Below, piece after piece: positions 59,727 to 64,000 of a stretch of 64,000 bases of DNA. The translations under genes were made by a program, and so were the position numbers. The DNA lies in the NCBI GenBank assembly GCA_965240325.2, contig OZ251231.1, positions 868,001 to 932,000 on the forward strand, given 5' to 3'. The notes below the pieces were generated by a model. That model had not been told where the DNA came from, did not search any database, and saw only the letters and a program-made list of their open reading frames with translations. The stretch's first letter is position 1; each line of letters starts with the position of its first letter. The DNA is from Rebecca billardiae RCC1528. Its lineage: Eukaryota; Protista; Haptophyta.

Positions 59727-60271
59727 AGTCGACTACTACCATACTACAGCAGATATGAGTCTACTAGCTATATTATTCAGTATTCAAGCAGCTGCATGCT
59801 GCTCCAATTAAATATATATATTGTCGCGCGGATCTAATCGCCATCCCGCGCGCGTCACAATAACTTGTCACATAGTGCGGGCAGTGCCGCAGTGCCTGTT
59901 AGTGTTACTTACCAGACACCAGTGCCCCGGTGGCCGCCGCCGGTGGTGACGTGGCGGATTATATAATATATTAATATATCATATAATACATATATTATTA
60001 TTTAATATAATAATAAATGTCGCGTGCTGACGACGTCGTCACGGTCACCGCATCAGGCGCCCGCGGGCGCGGTCACCGCCCGGTCACGGGTCACGGATCA
60101 GGGGCAGGGCGACCGACGACGGATGGCGCTGCGACTACTGGCTGCGCCGCGAGTGACAATCGGTTATCGGACGGCGCACGGTGAATGACGGTCCGCGCCA
60201 GTGCACGCCGCGCCGCCGCGCGCCGCCGCGCGTCGGGTCGTCACTAATCAATAATAATCGAGATCGATCGA

Positions 60272-60328
<57 letters not shown>

Positions 60329-60332
<4 letters not shown>

Positions 60333-62292
60333 AAACTTTTCTGAGGATAGCGCACCAGCAAAATCCCTTGACCGCCATCCGGATTTTACGGAGGCCGCGT
60401 TTGGACGCAGAAACGCGCGATGGCGAGGCCCGCCCTCGCACCACCGCTCTCGCGAGATCGCGACCGTGCGACCTGCGGCGTTGCGCTCGACGCGCTCTTT
60501 CTGCTCGGAGGCCGCGAGGTCTCCCAGGTGCGCCAGCTCGCGAGCGCGCACCTTCCTCCTCGCCGCGCTCGCCGAGCACGAGCCGATCTGCAGCAGATGT
60601 GCAAGGAGCCGCATGTGGCCTTCCTCGCGCGCGCGGCACGGCTGCACACGAAAATCGTTAGAGGGCACTTCTCCGCGCATTCTACATTTTGGGGAAAGAA
60701 CGCCTGAACTGCACAAAAAGTGCCCTCTAACGCTTCCGCTCCTCGCCGTTGCGTGCACGCGCAAAGGAGCACTGCAAAGGGTGCGACTGGGAGCATTCCT
60801 TCTCCCGGGCGGCCACCACGGCCTCGGAGGTGGTGAGGATCGCGTCGGCGACCACGGCGTGGACCATCTCCGTCGCGCCGGACACTCCGGTCGCCCCTCG
60901 CCGGACTCCATCCTCGCTGCGCGCTGACCGTTTGCCGAGCGGGCTGCCCCGCCGCCTGCCCGGCGTGTGCCCGCGTGGTGACACAAGATGGTCGAAGGCG
61001 TGGCAGCGCGGTGGTGCGTGCGATCGGGGGACCCCACCTGAGCTACGACACGGGCGCGCGTGCTCATCCGTGCTCATCACGGTGGTGCACGCGCGCGTCG
61101 CGCGCTCGTCGGCTGTCGCGTGCTGACGGCTGGGCTGCTTTGGGGTGTCGGCGGCGGCCACAGCTCGCTGGTACGGGCGCGATGGTGGCTGCGAGTGGTA
61201 CGCGGCGTTGCACCAGGTCCATGTGCGTCACGCACGACGCTCGGCCGGCTCGCCCTCGGACCATTGGCTGAGTTCTACTCGCCGCGCGCGCCGCGCGCGG
61301 GAGCCGCTCGGCAGCTGCTCGAGGCGCAAAGTGCGCCCCGCGCGCTGAACGTGGGCACGACGAGGTGGTGCGGCGAGCGTGCGCGGGTGTGTGTGCGTGA
61401 TGGGCACCCCCATTGCGCTACTTGCCATGCACATCTGCCTCTCGCCAAGCCTTCGACACGATTGCTGCAAGCGCTGCTCGGAGGCGCGCTCGCGGGCTCG
61501 CGCGCGTTTGAATCTGGGCTCGGCGGCGATCGCGTGGACGAGGGGCAGCGCGGTGCACGGTGGCGGAGCGCGTGCGGAGCGCAGCCTACACCTCCTACAC
61601 GCTCCATCCAGACACATCGCGCATGCTCGCGCGACCTCCTCGGTCCATCACGCGCGCGTGCGCGCGCGAGCAGGTGTGCATTCGCCGGGCGCGTTCACGG
61701 CGCGCCGCGTTGGCGCGCGCGCACCGATACCCGTGCGCAGCTCGACGAGCGAGCGCGGTGTGTTTCGATGCGTATGGGGAGGCTCGAATTTACGCGCGCG
61801 CACGCGCCGGCCCTCGCCGCCCCTTCGCTCGCCCACGCCTCATCTGCGCGCTCGGCGTTTGCAGGCAGCTGCGCATTCTTTCCGACACGTGCGCAAACGA
61901 GCAGATGGCGCTGGGCGAGGTCGATTGGTGCGTCAGCTATTCGGCAACGATCAGGCCCGCGCGTGTGCCGCCACTCGTGCTACTCTCGGCGACCACCTCT
62001 GGCTCGGTCGCGCGCACGAGGCTGCTCGCGGCCGAATCGTGCCGTGTACCGTCAAGCTGTACCGTGCGCGGCGAGGCGCACTCAGACGTCGGCGTGGGCT
62101 GGCATGCGAGGGCCCGGCAGTGCGACGCGTCGATGGAGCATGCTCCGGATACGCTTCGGCGCACTTCCCGACGCGCACGAGCCGCTCGAAGGCGCGGAAA
62201 GGCGCCCAAACGGGGCAACCGCCATTTTGCGCCACTTCGGCCCGGATGGCGGTCAAGGGAAATTGCTGGTGCGCTATCCTCAGAAAAGTTTA

Positions 62293-62295
<3 letters not shown>
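60329..62295. mobile_element. Non-autonomous TIR element (~2 kb) flanked on both sides by (TA)n
   Basis: ~54-bp TIR containing TAAACTTTTCTGAGGATAGCGCACCAGCAA..TCCCTTGACCGCCATCCGG at both ends; (TA)n at ~60275-60328 and 62296-62359. Confidence 0.85.
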
Positions 62296-62363
<68 letters not shown>

Positions 62364-62463
62364 GTCGTCGTACTACGACGTCGTAGCAGTCATCTGTATA
62401 GTCATATTCCAGTGTTGATGTGTGCACCAGCACTCTGCACTGCATCACCTGGTACCTGTCAGC

Positions 62464-64000
62464 CTAGTTCGGGGCCATACCCTCCAGTCGGCGGTCATCA
62501 TTCAACGTGATGTCACCTGGGAGGAACATCTCGTCGAGAGCCTTGCCCGGGGCGACCATGGGCAGGCAGATGTCGGGCGTCACCTTGAAGTCGACCAGCA
62601 CCGGCCCCGCGGTGGCGAACATCTTCTCCACGCACGCACTCAGCTCGGACTCGTGCTCGCAGCTCCACGCGTTGATGCCAAACGAGCGCGCGAGCATCGC
62701 GTAGTCCGGGTTCACGTTGTCCGTGGCGACAAGACGCCCGTCAAAGAAGAGCTTCTGCCAGACATGAACCATCTGCTGCCTGCCGTCGTTCAGGATGAAC
62801 ATCTTCAGCGGGAGGCCGTGCTCTGCGACCGTGCCCAGGTCGTTGAGCGTCATGTTGAAGGACGAGTCACCGTCGATCAGCACGACGGTCGAATCCGGCC
62901 GCGAGAGCTGCGCGCCGACGGCCGCCGGCAGCCCAAAGCCCATCGTGCCCAGTGATCCCGACGTGACGATCGTGCGAGGCTGCGACCAGCGGTAGAATTG
63001 GGCCGCCTGCGCGCGCGGCGCGCGGGGTGTGTGCGCGAGCCCAGCGCGCATGCGTCTCAGCGCATCTCCGTGGCACCACGCAGGCACACTGGCGCGCGGA
63101 GGCAGCGCCTGGACGGGAGTGCTCGGGCAGGCGCACGCACGCGCACCATCATCTGGTGGTTACCCACTCCGGTCGAGACCACGAGCTTCTCCTGGAGCGG
63201 CCCCTTGGTCACCTGGTACATGCGCTCGATCACCTGCTGCGTCTTGAGCCGGCCGTCGGGCGCGGGCGTGTACGCGAACGGCACCTGCGCCTTCCACGCG
63301 CGCAGCTGCTCGTGCCATGCGGTGCGCGGCTGGTGCTGGACGAGCGGCAGTAGCGCCTCGATCGCCTCGCCGCAGTCGCCCTCGATGGCGTGCGTCGGCT
63401 GCACGACGCGCCCGATCTGCGAGCGCTCGATGTCGAAGTGCACGATGCCGCCGCGCCCCTCGCGCTCGGCCGCCTTGGCCGCGGGCGCGTACTTTGGAAG
63501 CACGCCCGTCGTGCGGTCGTCAAAGCGCGAGCCGACGGCGAGGATCAGGTCGGCGTTCTGAACGGCGTAGTTGGCGTACGCGGCGCCGTGCATGCCGAGC
63601 ATGTGCAGGGAGAGGTCGTCATGCTCGTCGAACGTGCCCATCGCGTGGAGCGTGGTGGTGACGGGGATGTTGGACGCGTGCGCGAGCGCGCGCAGCGAGT
63701 CCGCGTAGTCGACCGCGCCCTGGCCGACGTACAGGATCGGCCGCTCGCACTCGTTCATCAGCTTCGCGACGGGGGCCAGAATGGACGCGTCGATGGGCGG
63801 CGTGGGCGGCTGCGGCACGACGGGCAGCGACTCGCCCTGCAGCAGCGCGACCATCACGTCCTTGGGCAGGTCGAGGTGCACCGGGCCCTTCTTGCCCTGC
63901 TGCGCGACCGCAAACGCCTCGTGCACGACCGAGCGCACCTCCTCGACCGTGCGCACCTGGTACGACCACTTGCAGCACGGCCGGGTGAGGTCGACAGCCG
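62464..64000 (-). CDS. ALS: Acetolactate synthase catalytic subunit (5' part outside the window); intron 63146-63007
   Basis: GPVHLDLPKDV, MLGMHG, GSRFDDR, TGVGNHQMM/AAQFY, SGSLGTMGFGLPAAVGAQ, GDSSFNMT ThDP motif. Confidence 0.96.

Overview
Very GC-rich, intron-containing eukaryotic DNA; gene style suggests an alga, probably a haptophyte of the Pavlovales type (inference). About 19 protein genes: ATG3, a GOLD-domain protein, a membrane-anchored SAM methyltransferase, a multi-pass membrane protein with a TIR/HET-like domain, an ABC1 kinase, a U2AF65-like RS/RRM protein, an Sfi1-like protein, a plastid fibrillin, a GARP Myb factor, a COG0523 metallochaperone, a small three-exon beta-rich protein only partly visible in the ORF track, a C2 protein, a coiled-coil protein, a purple acid phosphatase, DNA ligase IV, a triple p25alpha protein, a CREST/ceramidase-like protein, a matrixin-like metalloprotease with a transmembrane hairpin inside its catalytic domain, and the 3' part of acetolactate synthase. 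Twelve of these sit in six head-to-head pairs. Mobile DNA includes an internally deleted Ty1/copia element, a hAT-like MITE, a P-like foldback element with a 7-bp TSD and a TIR element inside a (TA)n microsatellite. The best candidates for undescribed biology are the TM-TIR/HET-like protein, the split matrixin and the microexon-containing small protein. All family calls come from reading motifs by eye; no searches were run.
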